From Flavobacteriales bacterium (GTDB taxonomy: Bacteria; Bacteroidota; Bacteroidia; Flavobacteriales; JASBRU01), in assembly GCA_030149285.1 (NCBI GenBank), contig JASBRU010000003.1, positions 1-64,000 on the forward strand: 64,000 bases of DNA, in the 5' to 3' direction. The position numbers and the translations under genes are program-made. Of this stretch, positions 27,395-37,462 are shown one piece after another. The notes beneath the pieces were generated by a model. The model was not told where the DNA came from and did no database searches. It saw only the letters and a list, made by a program, of their open reading frames with translations. Position 1 is the stretch's first letter. The number at the start of each line of letters is the position of its first letter.

Positions 27395-28180
27395 ATGATG
27401 GAATTTACTTTTTATAAATATCAGGGTACAGGCAATGATTTTGTGATGATTGACAATAGAGCAGGCTTATTTCCTATTGATGATAAAGTATTGGTTGCAA
27501 AATTGTGCGACAGAAAGTTTGGAATAGGAGCTGACGGCTTAATATTACTTGAAAATGCAGATGAAGCTGACTTTAAGATGGTTTACTTTAATGCAGATGG
27601 TGCACAAAGTAGTATGTGCGGTAATGGAGGCAGGTGTACTGTAGCTTTTGCAAAACAACTAGGTGTTTTAAACTCAAATGAAACCAGCTTTATTGCTATT
27701 GATGGGATGCACAAGGCATCTATTAATGCTGATGGTACTGTGAGCTTAGGGATGATAGATGTAGACAAGATTAATAAGGAAAAAGACTATACTTTTTTAG
27801 ATACCGGTTCTCCACACCATGTAATTATTACTGATAATGTAAAAGAGGTGGATGTACAAACAGAAGGTAGTAAAATACGTTACAGCGGTTTGTATGGTGA
27901 TGCGGGGTCTAATATAAATTTTGTAGAAGTAATGGATGGCAAGTTATTTGCCAGAACTTATGAGCGCGGGGTAGAGGCAGAAACACTTTCTTGTGGTACG
28001 GGAGTTACAGCAGTAGCCTTAGCTAGTGCTGAGCAAGGTTTTGTACGAGGAAATGAAGTGAAAATTGAAACATTGGGTGGTGAGCTAAAAGTTAGTTTTG
28101 AGCAACACAAAGGTGGCTATACTGATATATATTTAACAGGCCCTGCAACGTATGTTTTTAAAGGACAGATAACCTTATAA
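27395..28180 (+). CDS. dapF: Diaminopimelate epimerase
   Basis: FYKYQGTGNDFVMID N-terminal signature, active-site cysteines in MCGNGGRC and LSCGTG. 261 aa. Confidence 0.9.
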   Translation: MMEFTFYKYQGTGNDFVMIDNRAGLFPIDDKVLVAKLCDRKFGIGADGLILLENADEADFKMVYFNADGAQSSMCGNGGRCTVAFAKQLGVLNSNETSFIAIDGMHKASINADGTVSLGMIDVDKINKEKDYTFLDTGSPHHVIITDNVKEVDVQTEGSKIRYSGLYGDAGSNINFVEVMDGKLFARTYERGVEAETLSCGTGVTAVALASAEQGFVRGNEVKIETLGGELKVSFEQHKGGYTDIYLTGPATYVFKGQITL

Positions 28181-28696
28181 ATGCTAAAAGGAAAGAACAT
28201 AACATTAAGAGCATTAGAGCCCGAAGATTTAGAATTTCTTTATCAATGGGAAAACGATACAGATATATGGCAGATAAGTAATACTGTTACTCCATTCTCT
28301 CGTTTTGTGTTAAAACAATACTTAGAAAACCAAGCTGAAGATATTTTCACAGCTAAGCAATTACGATTAGTAATTGAGGTCAACTCAAAGCCTATAGGGA
28401 CAATAGATTTATTTGATTTTGATCCTATAAACCATAGGGCAGGAGTAGGTGTGCTCATTGCAAATCAGTCAGACAGAAATAAAGGTTATGCTAGTGAAGC
28501 GTTGTTATTATTGAAAGACTATGCTTTTACAAAGCTTCAACTAAATCAGTTATACTGTAATATATTAGAAAATAATGCTAGCAGCATCCATCTGTTTGAA
28601 AATCTAGGTTTTGAAAAAATAGGCTTGAAGAAAGATTGGATTAAAAATGGCAATGGGTATGTAGATGAATACCTTTTACAATGCATCAAAGCCTAA
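28181..28696 (+). CDS. GNAT-family N-acetyltransferase (RimJ/RimL-like)
   Basis: Motif A HRAGVGVLIANQSDRNKGYASEALLLLKDYAF and motif B region. 171 aa, immediately downstream of dapF. Confidence 0.75.
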   Translation: MLKGKNITLRALEPEDLEFLYQWENDTDIWQISNTVTPFSRFVLKQYLENQAEDIFTAKQLRLVIEVNSKPIGTIDLFDFDPINHRAGVGVLIANQSDRNKGYASEALLLLKDYAFTKLQLNQLYCNILENNASSIHLFENLGFEKIGLKKDWIKNGNGYVDEYLLQCIKA

Positions 28697-30675
28697 TGCG
28701 TATAAAGTCCTACATACTTGTATTACTAGTTATAGGAGTTTTTATTGCTACAGCAATTTCTTGTGGCGAAGACCAACAACCAAATACTTTAATTGCAGAT
28801 GCAGGCAAATACCAAAACCACAACGATACAGTAAAGTATGTAGGAATTGAAACCTGTAAAACATGCCATTATGATGTGTATGAGACCTTCATAAAAACGG
28901 GTATGGGGCAATCTTTTGATGTGGCTAGTAAAACCAAAAGTTCATCTAAGCTAGATGAAAATTCTTTACTAGTTGATACTCATAAAAACCTAAGTTATCA
29001 CCCTTACTGGAATGGGGAGGAGTTAAAGTTGAAAGAGTTTAGGTTAGATGGTAAGGATACAATCCATTTGAGAGAAGAAACCGTAGATTATATTGTGGGA
29101 TCCGGTCAACATACAAACTCTCATATCTATAACACCAATGGATATTTGCATCAATTACCCTTTACATATTACACACAGGATGGTAAGCTAGATTTGCCCC
29201 CGGGTTTTGAAAAAGGAGGAAATACGCGATTTAGTAGAAAGATAGGCTTGGAGTGTATGAGCTGTCATAATGCAATGCCTACCGGCTTTGTAAAAGGTTC
29301 TATTAATAAATTTGAGTCTGTGCCCAATGGTATTAATTGTGAGCGTTGTCATGGTCCGGGAGAGTTGCATGTAAAAGAAAAGATGGCTGGTAAAGTGGTA
29401 GATACTGCCAATCAGGTAGATTATTCTATAGTTAACCCAAAGAAACTAAGTGCTGAATTGCAGTTTGAACTTTGCCAGAGATGCCACCTACAGGGCAACA
29501 CAGTACTGAAGGAAGGTAAATCTTTTTTCGACTTTAAACCAGGAATGAAGTTGAGTGAGGTAATGGAGGTGTATTTACCTAAATACTCTAATAGCGAGGA
29601 TGAGTTTATCATGGCTTCACATGTAGACCGATTTAAGATGAGTAAATGCATTAAGGAGAATGACCAAACATTTAATTGTATATCCTGCCATAACCCCCAT
29701 GTAAGCGTAAAGGTTACAGGAAGTAATGTTTTTAATAATAGTTGCAATAGCTGTCATGCCAAATCTAAAGAGAAACTTTGTACAGAGTCTGAGGAAAAAA
29801 GGTTTGCAAAAAATTATAATTGTGTAGAATGTCATATGCCAAAATCCGGTTCTATAGATATACCACATGTTACCGTTACCGATCATTATATCAGGGTTCC
29901 TCAGGAAAAGAAGAAAGCCGAAGAATTAAAACAGTTTTTAGGCTTGTATAATGTGAATAATTCTAAGCCTAGTAAACGAAGTAGAATAAGAGCATATATA
30001 CAGCAATACGAGAAATTTACACCCGACCCACAATTTTTAGATTCGGCATTAGCAATTTTGAAAACTGCTGACCAATCAGACTGGGAAAAGTATTATATAG
30101 AGAAAGTAAATATTTATTTCTTAAAAAAAGAGTACAACCAAATTATTGGTGATGTACTACTTTTTGGTGGTAAAGATTATATTTTAAGGAAACTGAATAA
30201 AACTTCTTACGATAATCAGCATGCATGGACGGCCTATAGAATAGGGGAGTCTAATTACAATATAGGAGGAATACAGGAGGCTTCAGAGTTTTATAAAAAA
30301 GCTGTGGACTTAGCACCTTATGTACTAGACTTTCAGAATAAGTATGGCGTTTCTTTAGTTCGATTAAATAAGTTGGAAGAGGCTAAAAAAGTATTTGAAT
30401 TTATTATACTTGAGGACTCTAAAAATGCAGAGGCATACTCAAATTTAGGCTTTGTAAACCTTAGGTTATTAAATGTAGATGTTGCTAGGGAGATGTATGA
30501 AAAGGCATTAGTTTTGAACCCTGATTACATCCAGGCATTGCTTAATAGTGCGGGCTTAGAGTTACATTTGAATAATGTTGAGGAGGCTAAGCCTTATATA
30601 AATAGAGTTTTAGAAATAGAACCTAATAACAAACAAGCATTAGCAATACTTGATTATATAGCCCAAAATAGTTGA
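28696..30675 (+). CDS. Multiheme cytochrome c lipoprotein (7 CxxCH motifs) with C-terminal TPR repeats
   Basis: Lipoprotein signal MRIKSYILVLLVIGVFIATAISC (start moved to the internal Met). CxxCH at CKTCH, CMSCH, CERCH, CQRCH, CISCH, CNSCH, CVECH. C-terminal ~250 aa show TPR-like AxxxY/LxxA periodicity. Confidence 0.7.
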   Translation: MRIKSYILVLLVIGVFIATAISCGEDQQPNTLIADAGKYQNHNDTVKYVGIETCKTCHYDVYETFIKTGMGQSFDVASKTKSSSKLDENSLLVDTHKNLSYHPYWNGEELKLKEFRLDGKDTIHLREETVDYIVGSGQHTNSHIYNTNGYLHQLPFTYYTQDGKLDLPPGFEKGGNTRFSRKIGLECMSCHNAMPTGFVKGSINKFESVPNGINCERCHGPGELHVKEKMAGKVVDTANQVDYSIVNPKKLSAELQFELCQRCHLQGNTVLKEGKSFFDFKPGMKLSEVMEVYLPKYSNSEDEFIMASHVDRFKMSKCIKENDQTFNCISCHNPHVSVKVTGSNVFNNSCNSCHAKSKEKLCTESEEKRFAKNYNCVECHMPKSGSIDIPHVTVTDHYIRVPQEKKKAEELKQFLGLYNVNNSKPSKRSRIRAYIQQYEKFTPDPQFLDSALAILKTADQSDWEKYYIEKVNIYFLKKEYNQIIGDVLLFGGKDYILRKLNKTSYDNQHAWTAYRIGESNYNIGGIQEASEFYKKAVDLAPYVLDFQNKYGVSLVRLNKLEEAKKVFEFIILEDSKNAEAYSNLGFVNLRLLNVDVAREMYEKALVLNPDYIQALLNSAGLELHLNNVEEAKPYINRVLEIEPNNKQALAILDYIAQNS

Positions 30676-31166
30676 AAGAATTGAATCTTAAAGATTACAT
30701 AGCAGATATACCCGATTGGCCTAAAGAAGGGATTGTATTTAAAGATATATCTCCTCTATTAGCTAATAGTGATGCATTTAATCATGCTATAGCTAGTTTA
30801 AAAGGATTGGTAGATGATGACATAACTATAGATGCAATAGTTGGAATAGAAAGTAGAGGCTTTCTATTTGGTACAGCATTGGCAAACTCCTTAGGCTGTG
30901 GTTTCATTATGTGTAGAAAAGCAGGCAAACTCCCACCACCAGCTATTTCTACAAGTTATGCTTTGGAATATGGAGAGGGTACTCTAGAGATAAAAGAGGG
31001 TACAGGAAACGTACTAATTGTAGATGATTTATATGCAACAGGTGGAACGATGAAAGCTACAAGAGTGCTTTGTAAAAAAGCAGGCTATACAGTTGTAAAA
31101 GAATTAGTTTTAATAAACCTATCATTTTTACATAATGATACCGTTAATAGTGTAATAGAATATTGA
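30672..31166 (+). CDS. apt: Adenine phosphoribosyltransferase
   Basis: GIVFKDISPLL N-terminal PRPP-enzyme signature and PRPP-binding loop LIVDDLYATGGTMKA. 164 aa. ATGA overlap with the upstream gene. Confidence 0.85.
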   Translation: MKELNLKDYIADIPDWPKEGIVFKDISPLLANSDAFNHAIASLKGLVDDDITIDAIVGIESRGFLFGTALANSLGCGFIMCRKAGKLPPPAISTSYALEYGEGTLEIKEGTGNVLIVDDLYATGGTMKATRVLCKKAGYTVVKELVLINLSFLHNDTVNSVIEY

Positions 31167-32098
31167 TGAAAAAAATACTTTTAATAGTTACACTATTATT
31201 TACTCTACCTACGGTTGCACAGGTAGGTCTAACAAATGATACAACGAAATCTTTTTGGAAGAATTCACCCGAATATAATCCAAAGCGATTAAGAACAATT
31301 GTAATAGGGGAATCTGTAGTTGGTGTTGGGGCTTTGGTTGCTTTAGACCAGTTATGGTATCAAGATTACCCTCGAAGTAATTTCCACACATATGATGATA
31401 ATGGTCAGTGGCTTCAGATGGATAAAGCTGGGCATACACTAACGGCTTATTACATCAGTACTTTTGGTATTGAGATGTTAGACTGGACCGGTATAGACCA
31501 TAACAAAGCAATATGGTATGGCGGACTTTTGGGGCTTACTTTTCAGTCTGGAATAGAAATATTAGATGGATTTTCTGATGAATGGGGTTTTTCATGGGGA
31601 GATTTTGCTGCAAATACACTAGGCTCTGGTATTGCTATTGGGCAAGAGCTGGCTTGGGGAGAGCAACGTATTATTATGAAGTATTCTTTTCATCAGACCC
31701 CGTACGCAAATATTAGACCCGATGTACTAGGTGATGGTTTGATTGAAGAGTCTTTAAAAGATTATAATGGACAGACATATTGGTTATCAGGTAATATAAA
31801 TTCATTTACAAAGAGTGATAATTTACCAGATTGGTTGAATATAGCTGTAGGATACGGTGCTTCCGGTTTAATAACCGGTTCTGCAAATGACCCTAAGCGT
31901 TACGAGATTGATCCAACAGGTTCTTATACTAGACAAAGACAATTTTATCTCTCATTAGATATTGATTTAAAACGTATTAAAACCAAATCTAAGCTTCTAA
32001 AAGCTGTATTTGGTGTGGTTAACTTTATCAAGATTCCTGCTCCTACACTAGAAGTTAAAGATGATGGGACCATTAGGTTCTATCCAATTTATTTTTAA
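31163..32098 (+). CDS. Hypothetical secreted protein
   Basis: Signal peptide MMKKILLIVTLLFTLPTVAQ. Gly/aromatic-rich mature region; no confident domain match from sequence alone. Confidence 0.5.
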   Translation: MMKKILLIVTLLFTLPTVAQVGLTNDTTKSFWKNSPEYNPKRLRTIVIGESVVGVGALVALDQLWYQDYPRSNFHTYDDNGQWLQMDKAGHTLTAYYISTFGIEMLDWTGIDHNKAIWYGGLLGLTFQSGIEILDGFSDEWGFSWGDFAANTLGSGIAIGQELAWGEQRIIMKYSFHQTPYANIRPDVLGDGLIEESLKDYNGQTYWLSGNINSFTKSDNLPDWLNIAVGYGASGLITGSANDPKRYEIDPTGSYTRQRQFYLSLDIDLKRIKTKSKLLKAVFGVVNFIKIPAPTLEVKDDGTIRFYPIYF

Positions 32099-32099
32099 A

Positions 32100-33221
32100 A
32101 TGGAAGAAAATACCCAGTTCAGAGATGTGTTTAACGAAAACGCATTAACAAACCTTGCCAAAAGAATTAAAGCTGTTTACCCTGAATTCGACTCAAAAAG
32201 CTTTGTAAAATCAGTAGCACCCTATTTTGCTCCTTTAGGTTTATTGGAGAGGGCTAATCTAATTACCGAGGCTCTAAAAACATATATGCCAGATGATTAC
32301 CCGAGAACTGTAAGTATAATGTTAGATGCATTAGATGAAGAGTTAGAAACAGCTGACTTTTCAGGAGATGCAGCTTGGATGGTAGTGCCACAGTCTAATT
32401 TTGTAGCTAAGTATGGTTTAGAGCATTATGATATTTCTATGAATGCCTTGTATGAGATGACGAAGCGATTCTCATCAGAATGGGCAATTAGGGCTTATAT
32501 CACCAATTTCCCTGAGAAAACAATCCCGATACTACATCAGTGGGCACAAGATGATAATTTTCATATCAGGAGATTAGCATCAGAAGGGTCGCGCACGCGA
32601 TTGCCATGGGGTACGAGATTACCACAGTTTATAGAAGACCCAAAGCCCGTACTAGAAATTTTAGAAAGATTAAAAGCTGACTCTGAACTTTATGTTCGTC
32701 GTTCGGTTGCCAATAATCTCAATGATATTAGTAAAGACCACTCCGAATTAGTTGTCAAAACCCTTCAACGCTGGAAGAAGGATCAAAATGATGATACCAA
32801 TTGGATTATAGGGCATGCACTAAGGAGCTTGGTGAAGTTGGGTAATAAAGATGCTCTTGAGTTGCTAGGCTACCCTTCAAAGCCAAAATTAGAACTCAAT
32901 AACTTTACGATTAGTAATGACCCATTACCGATGGGGGGTAGTCAGCTTATATCATTTGAACTACACTCATCTGCTTCTGAAGACCAAAACCTAATGGTAG
33001 ATTATATAGTACATTATATGAAAGCCAATGGAAAGCAGGCACCAAAGGTGTTTAAGCTAGCTAAGAAGACCATTAAAGCAGGGGAGAAGCTTGCAATAAC
33101 CAAGAAACAGCCTTTTAAAACTGTTAGTACACGTAAGGTATATCCGGGTTTGCATAGTATAGAGTTACAAGTAAATGGTAATAGCTTAGGTAAATTAGAC
33201 TTTGAGCTACTGGAGAATTAA
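32100..33221 (+). CDS. DNA alkylation repair (AlkD-like HEAT-repeat) family protein with extra C-terminal domain
   Basis: Helical-repeat pattern with WAIRAYI, IRRLASEGSRTRLPWG, YVRRSVANNLNDISKDH typical of the DNA_alkylation family. Start set at MEENTQF to avoid overlap. Roughly 120 extra C-terminal residues. Confidence 0.55.
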   Translation: MEENTQFRDVFNENALTNLAKRIKAVYPEFDSKSFVKSVAPYFAPLGLLERANLITEALKTYMPDDYPRTVSIMLDALDEELETADFSGDAAWMVVPQSNFVAKYGLEHYDISMNALYEMTKRFSSEWAIRAYITNFPEKTIPILHQWAQDDNFHIRRLASEGSRTRLPWGTRLPQFIEDPKPVLEILERLKADSELYVRRSVANNLNDISKDHSELVVKTLQRWKKDQNDDTNWIIGHALRSLVKLGNKDALELLGYPSKPKLELNNFTISNDPLPMGGSQLISFELHSSASEDQNLMVDYIVHYMKANGKQAPKVFKLAKKTIKAGEKLAITKKQPFKTVSTRKVYPGLHSIELQVNGNSLGKLDFELLEN

Positions 33222-33274
33222 TAAAAACTTAATCTTTTTATAGGTTTTAGGCTATATATATAGCACACTTTTGC

Positions 33275-33856
33275 TTGTTCAAGTGCTATGGTATGAAACA
33301 AGCTTTTCTCGTTTTATTTAATCTACTTATTGTAATCTGCTCACAGGCTCAAGAAATATCTGGTATTGAGCTAGAAACTATAGATGGGCAAAAGATTATA
33401 CCGAAAGAAGATATTGCTAAGCAAAAGGCTACAGTATTTGTTTTTTACTCACCGGAATGCCCCCTAACACAGAATTATACGCTCACTATAAATGGGTTTA
33501 CTGAGGAATATACCAAAGAGGATATCAAATTTTATGTCGTAATCTCTGGTGAAGATTTTTCTGAAAAGGAGATAAAGTTATTTGCCTCGACATATAAGCT
33601 TCAACAACAAATATTATTAGACCCTGATTATAAATTGGCAAAAGCCTTAGATGCAAAGGTTACCCCAGAAGTTTTTTTACTAAACCCTAAACAAGAGTTG
33701 TTATATCGTGGCGCCATTGATAACTGGGCTATAAAGTTGGGAAGTAAACGAGTAAAAATCACAGAGTTTTATTTCAGAGACGCCGTTGAGTCATTTTTAA
33801 AAGGAGAAGCTATTGATGTTGCCTATCAAAAAGCTGTTGGCTGTTTTATTTTTTAG
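33275..33856 (+). CDS. Thioredoxin-fold (redoxin/SCO-like) secreted protein
   Basis: Signal peptide, then KATVFVFYSPECPLTQNY with thioredoxin-fold topology. Only one cysteine in the motif, so the chemistry is unclear. Confidence 0.45.
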   Translation: MFKCYGMKQAFLVLFNLLIVICSQAQEISGIELETIDGQKIIPKEDIAKQKATVFVFYSPECPLTQNYTLTINGFTEEYTKEDIKFYVVISGEDFSEKEIKLFASTYKLQQQILLDPDYKLAKALDAKVTPEVFLLNPKQELLYRGAIDNWAIKLGSKRVKITEFYFRDAVESFLKGEAIDVAYQKAVGCFIF

Positions 33857-33859
33857 CGA

Positions 33860-35206
33860 ATGATAAAAAAGATATTAGTTGTAGTAGGGGTATTATTTTC
33901 AATAATTGTTGCTGCGCAGGAGGAGATTACGTTTAACAAACATATAGCTCCCATAATCTATAAAAGATGTGCTACTTGCCATAATCCTAATGGCTATGCA
34001 CCTTTCTCGTTAGTAAAGTATAAGGATGTAAAAAAGCGAGCGAACTTTGTAAAACATGTTACTCAAACAGGGTATATGCCACCTTGGAAAGCAAATCCCG
34101 GGTATCGTTCTTTTGCTAATGAAAAGCTGATGACGGATGAAGAAGTTGAGTTGATAAAAAGATGGGCAGAATCTGGAGCAAAAGAAGGAAAGAAAAAAGA
34201 TTTACCACCTACACCAAGCTTTACAAATGGGTCACAGTTAAAGCAAGAGCCTGACTATTCTTTAACCATGCAAACTGAGTATACAGTTGAAGGGAATAAT
34301 GAACAAACCTATATATGCTACAAAATACCTTATGAATTACCCGAAGAAAAATATGTAAAAGCTATTGAGTTTGTACCGGGAAATAGATTGTTAGTGCACC
34401 ATGCAAGTTACCAAGTATTAGAGGTAGCTCCTGAAATAGATATTTACAACTCACCCGACTATTTTGTGTATGGAGATAGCGATTATGTAGATGACAAACA
34501 TGATTACGGCTTCTTCAATTTGTATGATAAGTATGGTAATCCACCAATTGAAACGTATCATAATGGTTGGCTTCCTGGCACTTCGGCACATGTGTACCCC
34601 GATGGTATTGGCTTCAGAATGCCTAAGAAAGGCATATTCATGATTCGTAACTTACATTATGCCCCTTCACCAATAGAGCAATCAGATCAATCGACAGTAA
34701 ATTTTTATTTTACAGATAAACCTGTTGAAAGGGTAGTGCAGTTTGCTGCTTTTAAGCCAACCTATATTAATCCTAATGAGGAGAACATTATTCCTGCAGA
34801 CTCAATTGTTAAGCATCATATTTATGTAAAGATTAATTCAGACATCTCTCTGTTAAATATCAATCCACACATGCATCAGCTGGGCAAGTACTTTAAAGTA
34901 TTTGTAACCACACCAACAAATGATACAATACCATTAGTGGAAATACCTGAATGGGATTTTGATTGGCAAGAGTTTTATCAGTTTAAAAAGATGGTGAAAA
35001 TCCCGAAAGGAAGTGTGCTACATGCAGAGGCCTTATTCGATAATACAGCTAACAATCCTAAAAACCCTCATAATCCGCCACAAGATGTTTATTTTGAGCG
35101 AGGAATGGATGATGAAGATGAAATGATGCGATTGGTATTACTTGTTTTGCCTTACCAAGCAGGAGATGAAGAAAAAGGGGTGACAGAATTTTGGAGCGAA
35201 CATTAA
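33860..35206 (+). CDS. Secreted mono-heme cytochrome c domain fused to a PHM/DBH-like type-II copper monooxygenase-like domain
   Basis: Signal peptide. CATCH heme-binding site at residues 37-41. Then His pair H190/H191, H254, H347-x-H349 and Met cluster M426/M432/M433, with spacing like the CuH (HH...H) and CuM (HxH...M) sites of peptidylglycine/dopamine monooxygenases. Confidence 0.5.
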   Translation: MIKKILVVVGVLFSIIVAAQEEITFNKHIAPIIYKRCATCHNPNGYAPFSLVKYKDVKKRANFVKHVTQTGYMPPWKANPGYRSFANEKLMTDEEVELIKRWAESGAKEGKKKDLPPTPSFTNGSQLKQEPDYSLTMQTEYTVEGNNEQTYICYKIPYELPEEKYVKAIEFVPGNRLLVHHASYQVLEVAPEIDIYNSPDYFVYGDSDYVDDKHDYGFFNLYDKYGNPPIETYHNGWLPGTSAHVYPDGIGFRMPKKGIFMIRNLHYAPSPIEQSDQSTVNFYFTDKPVERVVQFAAFKPTYINPNEENIIPADSIVKHHIYVKINSDISLLNINPHMHQLGKYFKVFVTTPTNDTIPLVEIPEWDFDWQEFYQFKKMVKIPKGSVLHAEALFDNTANNPKNPHNPPQDVYFERGMDDEDEMMRLVLLVLPYQAGDEEKGVTEFWSEH

Positions 35207-36390
35207 GTTAGTTCGTCCAAAGTTTCATTAATTATTTTACAGGCATATACTATTTCTTCTTCAGTAATGGTAAGAGGAGGCGTAATACGCAATGCTCTTC
35301 CTTCAAATAGTAACCAGAACAGGATAATGCCTTTTTCCATACACCTTTCAGCAACTTTATGGCAAAGCTCTTCACTATCTACCAAAGCAGCTAGCATTAG
35401 ACCTTTTCCTCTTATCTCTTTTATAGCAGGATGATTCAGGTGTTTTCTGAATAAAGCTTCTTTAGAGTCCATTGTATCCATAATACCAGACTCCAGTATG
35501 TATTGAAGGTTTGCATGTGCAGCTGCTGCAATAACAGGATGCCCGCCAAACGTAGTAATGTGTCCTAGTATTGGGTTGTTGGCTAAACTATCCATTAGCT
35601 CTTTAGATGCAACAAAAGCACCGGTAGGCATTCCGCCACCCATTGCTTTGCCAATAGCTAGTATATCAGGAGTTACATCATAGTTCATAAAACCAAAAAG
35701 CTTTCCTGTTCTACCAAAACCCGGCTGTATTTCATCAAATATCAGCAATGTACCTGTTTCATTACAGCGATCTCTAACAGCTTTTAGATAACCATTTTTT
35801 GGCTCTATAAAACCGGCAGCTCCTTGTATGGTTTCAAGTATTACACAAGCTGTGTTGGTAGTTATTTTTTCTAAATCTTGTTTATTGTTGAATTGAATGA
35901 ACTTTACATTTGGTAACAATGGGCGATAGGCTTGTTTATAGGTTTCGTTACCCATAACACTAAGTGACCCATGTGTGCTGCCATGGTAGGCCCCTTTTGC
36001 TGCTATTATTTCCGTTCTTCCGGTATATCGTTTAGCCAATTTTAATGAGCCTTCAATTGCTTCGGTGCCAGAGTTTACTAAATAGGTTACTTGTAAGTTT
36101 TCAGGAAGTTGAGAAGCTAGCAGGGTAGCAAAGTTTACCTGTGGCTCCTGTACATACTCGCCATATACCATCACATGGAGGTATTTATCAGCTTGTTTCT
36201 TTATTGCTTTTACAATAGCTGGATGACCATGCCCTAGGTTACATGCTGATACTCCTGCTACTAAGTCTAGATATTTTTTACCGTCTTTACCATAAATATA
36301 ATTTCCCTCAGCCTTCTCAACTTCAAAGGCTATAGGGAAAGGGGTTGTTAAAGCTTGATGCTTTAAAAATTGGTCCTTTAGTTTACTCAT
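35203..36390 (-). CDS. Class-III pyridoxal-phosphate aminotransferase (acetylornithine/ornithine aminotransferase family)
   Basis: LIFDEIQPGFGRTGKLFG PLP-lysine region, GLMLA..., typical 395-aa length. Converges on, and overlaps by 4 nt, the stop of the cytochrome/monooxygenase gene. Confidence 0.85.
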   Translation of the reverse strand: MSKLKDQFLKHQALTTPFPIAFEVEKAEGNYIYGKDGKKYLDLVAGVSACNLGHGHPAIVKAIKKQADKYLHVMVYGEYVQEPQVNFATLLASQLPENLQVTYLVNSGTEAIEGSLKLAKRYTGRTEIIAAKGAYHGSTHGSLSVMGNETYKQAYRPLLPNVKFIQFNNKQDLEKITTNTACVILETIQGAAGFIEPKNGYLKAVRDRCNETGTLLIFDEIQPGFGRTGKLFGFMNYDVTPDILAIGKAMGGGMPTGAFVASKELMDSLANNPILGHITTFGGHPVIAAAAHANLQYILESGIMDTMDSKEALFRKHLNHPAIKEIRGKGLMLAALVDSEELCHKVAERCMEKGIILFWLLFEGRALRITPPLTITEEEIVYACKIINETLDELT

Positions 36391-36406
36391 ATAGCAAAAA
36401 TAAGAA

Positions 36407-36436
36407 AGGGGTGCATATGCACCCCTATTTTTTTAA
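36407..36436. terminator. Terminator after the Spy-like gene
   Basis: AGGGGTGCA-TA-TGCACCCCT perfect hairpin with T-rich flanks on both strands. Confidence 0.55.
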
Positions 36437-36451
36437 GAATAAGATAATAAA

Positions 36452-36949
36452 TTATCTTCCTCTGCCATCGTGTCTTCTACCACCATCTTCTCTTTCTCTG
36501 CCTTTCATACGTTGTAGTAATTCTCTTTTAAATCGTTCTTCTGCATGGTATAGCTTAGCTACTTTCTTAGTTGGTAATACTTCTAAAAATTTTTTGTGGT
36601 ATTTTTCTTTTATTGCTAGCTCTTTGTGATCTAATTCAAAATTTTTGTCCATCATCTTTTTTATATCAGCATCAGACATTTCATCAAACTTAGCTTTGTC
36701 AATACTTTCATGCATTGCTCTTCTCTCCTCATGAATTTTATCCATTTCAGCTCTAAACTCATTATGTACAGGCCAAAATTTCTGAGCTTCTTCAGTAGTA
36801 AGGTCTAAGTGTTGTGTAATAAAACCTACACGCATTGCATCCATTTTTTCTTTTTTGCCTCCATGATGTTCACCTCTGTGGTGTTGAGCCTTTAAGCCGG
36901 AAAAAGAGAAAATAAGCAGGGCTAATGGGATTAACTTAATTGCTTTCAT
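36452..36949 (-). CDS. Periplasmic Spy/CpxP-like (LTxxQ-motif) protein
   Basis: Signal peptide MKAIKLIPLALLIFSFSGLKAQ, LTTEEAQKFWPVHNEF (LTxxQ motif), highly charged helical remainder. Last gene of the ECF-sigma operon. Confidence 0.5.
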   Translation of the reverse strand: MKAIKLIPLALLIFSFSGLKAQHHRGEHHGGKKEKMDAMRVGFITQHLDLTTEEAQKFWPVHNEFRAEMDKIHEERRAMHESIDKAKFDEMSDADIKKMMDKNFELDHKELAIKEKYHKKFLEVLPTKKVAKLYHAEERFKRELLQRMKGREREDGGRRHDGRGR

Positions 36950-36961
36950 ATTAGTTGAGTT

Positions 36962-37429
36962 TTAATATTCGTTTAAAATTGTATTGTAGTCAATATCTTC
37001 TTCAAGTAAAAAATCCATAAGCTCATCATCATCTGTATTCTCCATGTCCTCGAGCTCTAGTCCATCTATATATACATCTAATAACAAACCTTCATCAATA
37101 TTCATGTATGATTCGTCAATCATCAAACTAGCAATGTCATCTTCGTTTAAGTAATTCACAGTAGGGTTTACTGTAACACCACTGTTGTTGAATACTGTAA
37201 AAAACAACAATAAAGAAGCAGCTACTGCCGGAATGCTAAATTTAGGGTTTGCTACAACTTTAAAAATAGAAACTACAGTTCCACTTCTTTTAGCTGTTGT
37301 TTTTGCTGTAATTTCATTTTCTAGTTTATCAAAATACCCATCAGGTGTTGTAAATGTATCCTGATTTTTTAGGTCAGTTAACCATTTGGGTATTTCGGAA
37401 TTTGATGATATGTTATTTTTACTTTCCAT
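36962..37429 (-). CDS. Putative anti-sigma factor (single-pass membrane protein downstream of the ECF sigma gene)
   Basis: Position immediately 3' of the ECF sigma gene. One hydrophobic segment (PAVAASLLLFFTVF) separates N- and C-terminal parts. No zinc-finger motif, so it is assigned by context only. Confidence 0.4.
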   Translation of the reverse strand: MESKNNISSNSEIPKWLTDLKNQDTFTTPDGYFDKLENEITAKTTAKRSGTVVSIFKVVANPKFSIPAVAASLLLFFTVFNNSGVTVNPTVNYLNEDDIASLMIDESYMNIDEGLLLDVYIDGLELEDMENTDDDELMDFLLEEDIDYNTILNEY

Positions 37430-37462
37430 TCTGATTCTTTGACGTTCAATAATTTAAAAGGT

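Noticed and set aside
36345-36629. 94-aa plus-strand ORF
   Set aside because: It runs across the start of the aminotransferase gene, the strong terminator hairpin and the 3' end of the Spy-like gene. It is a shadow ORF.
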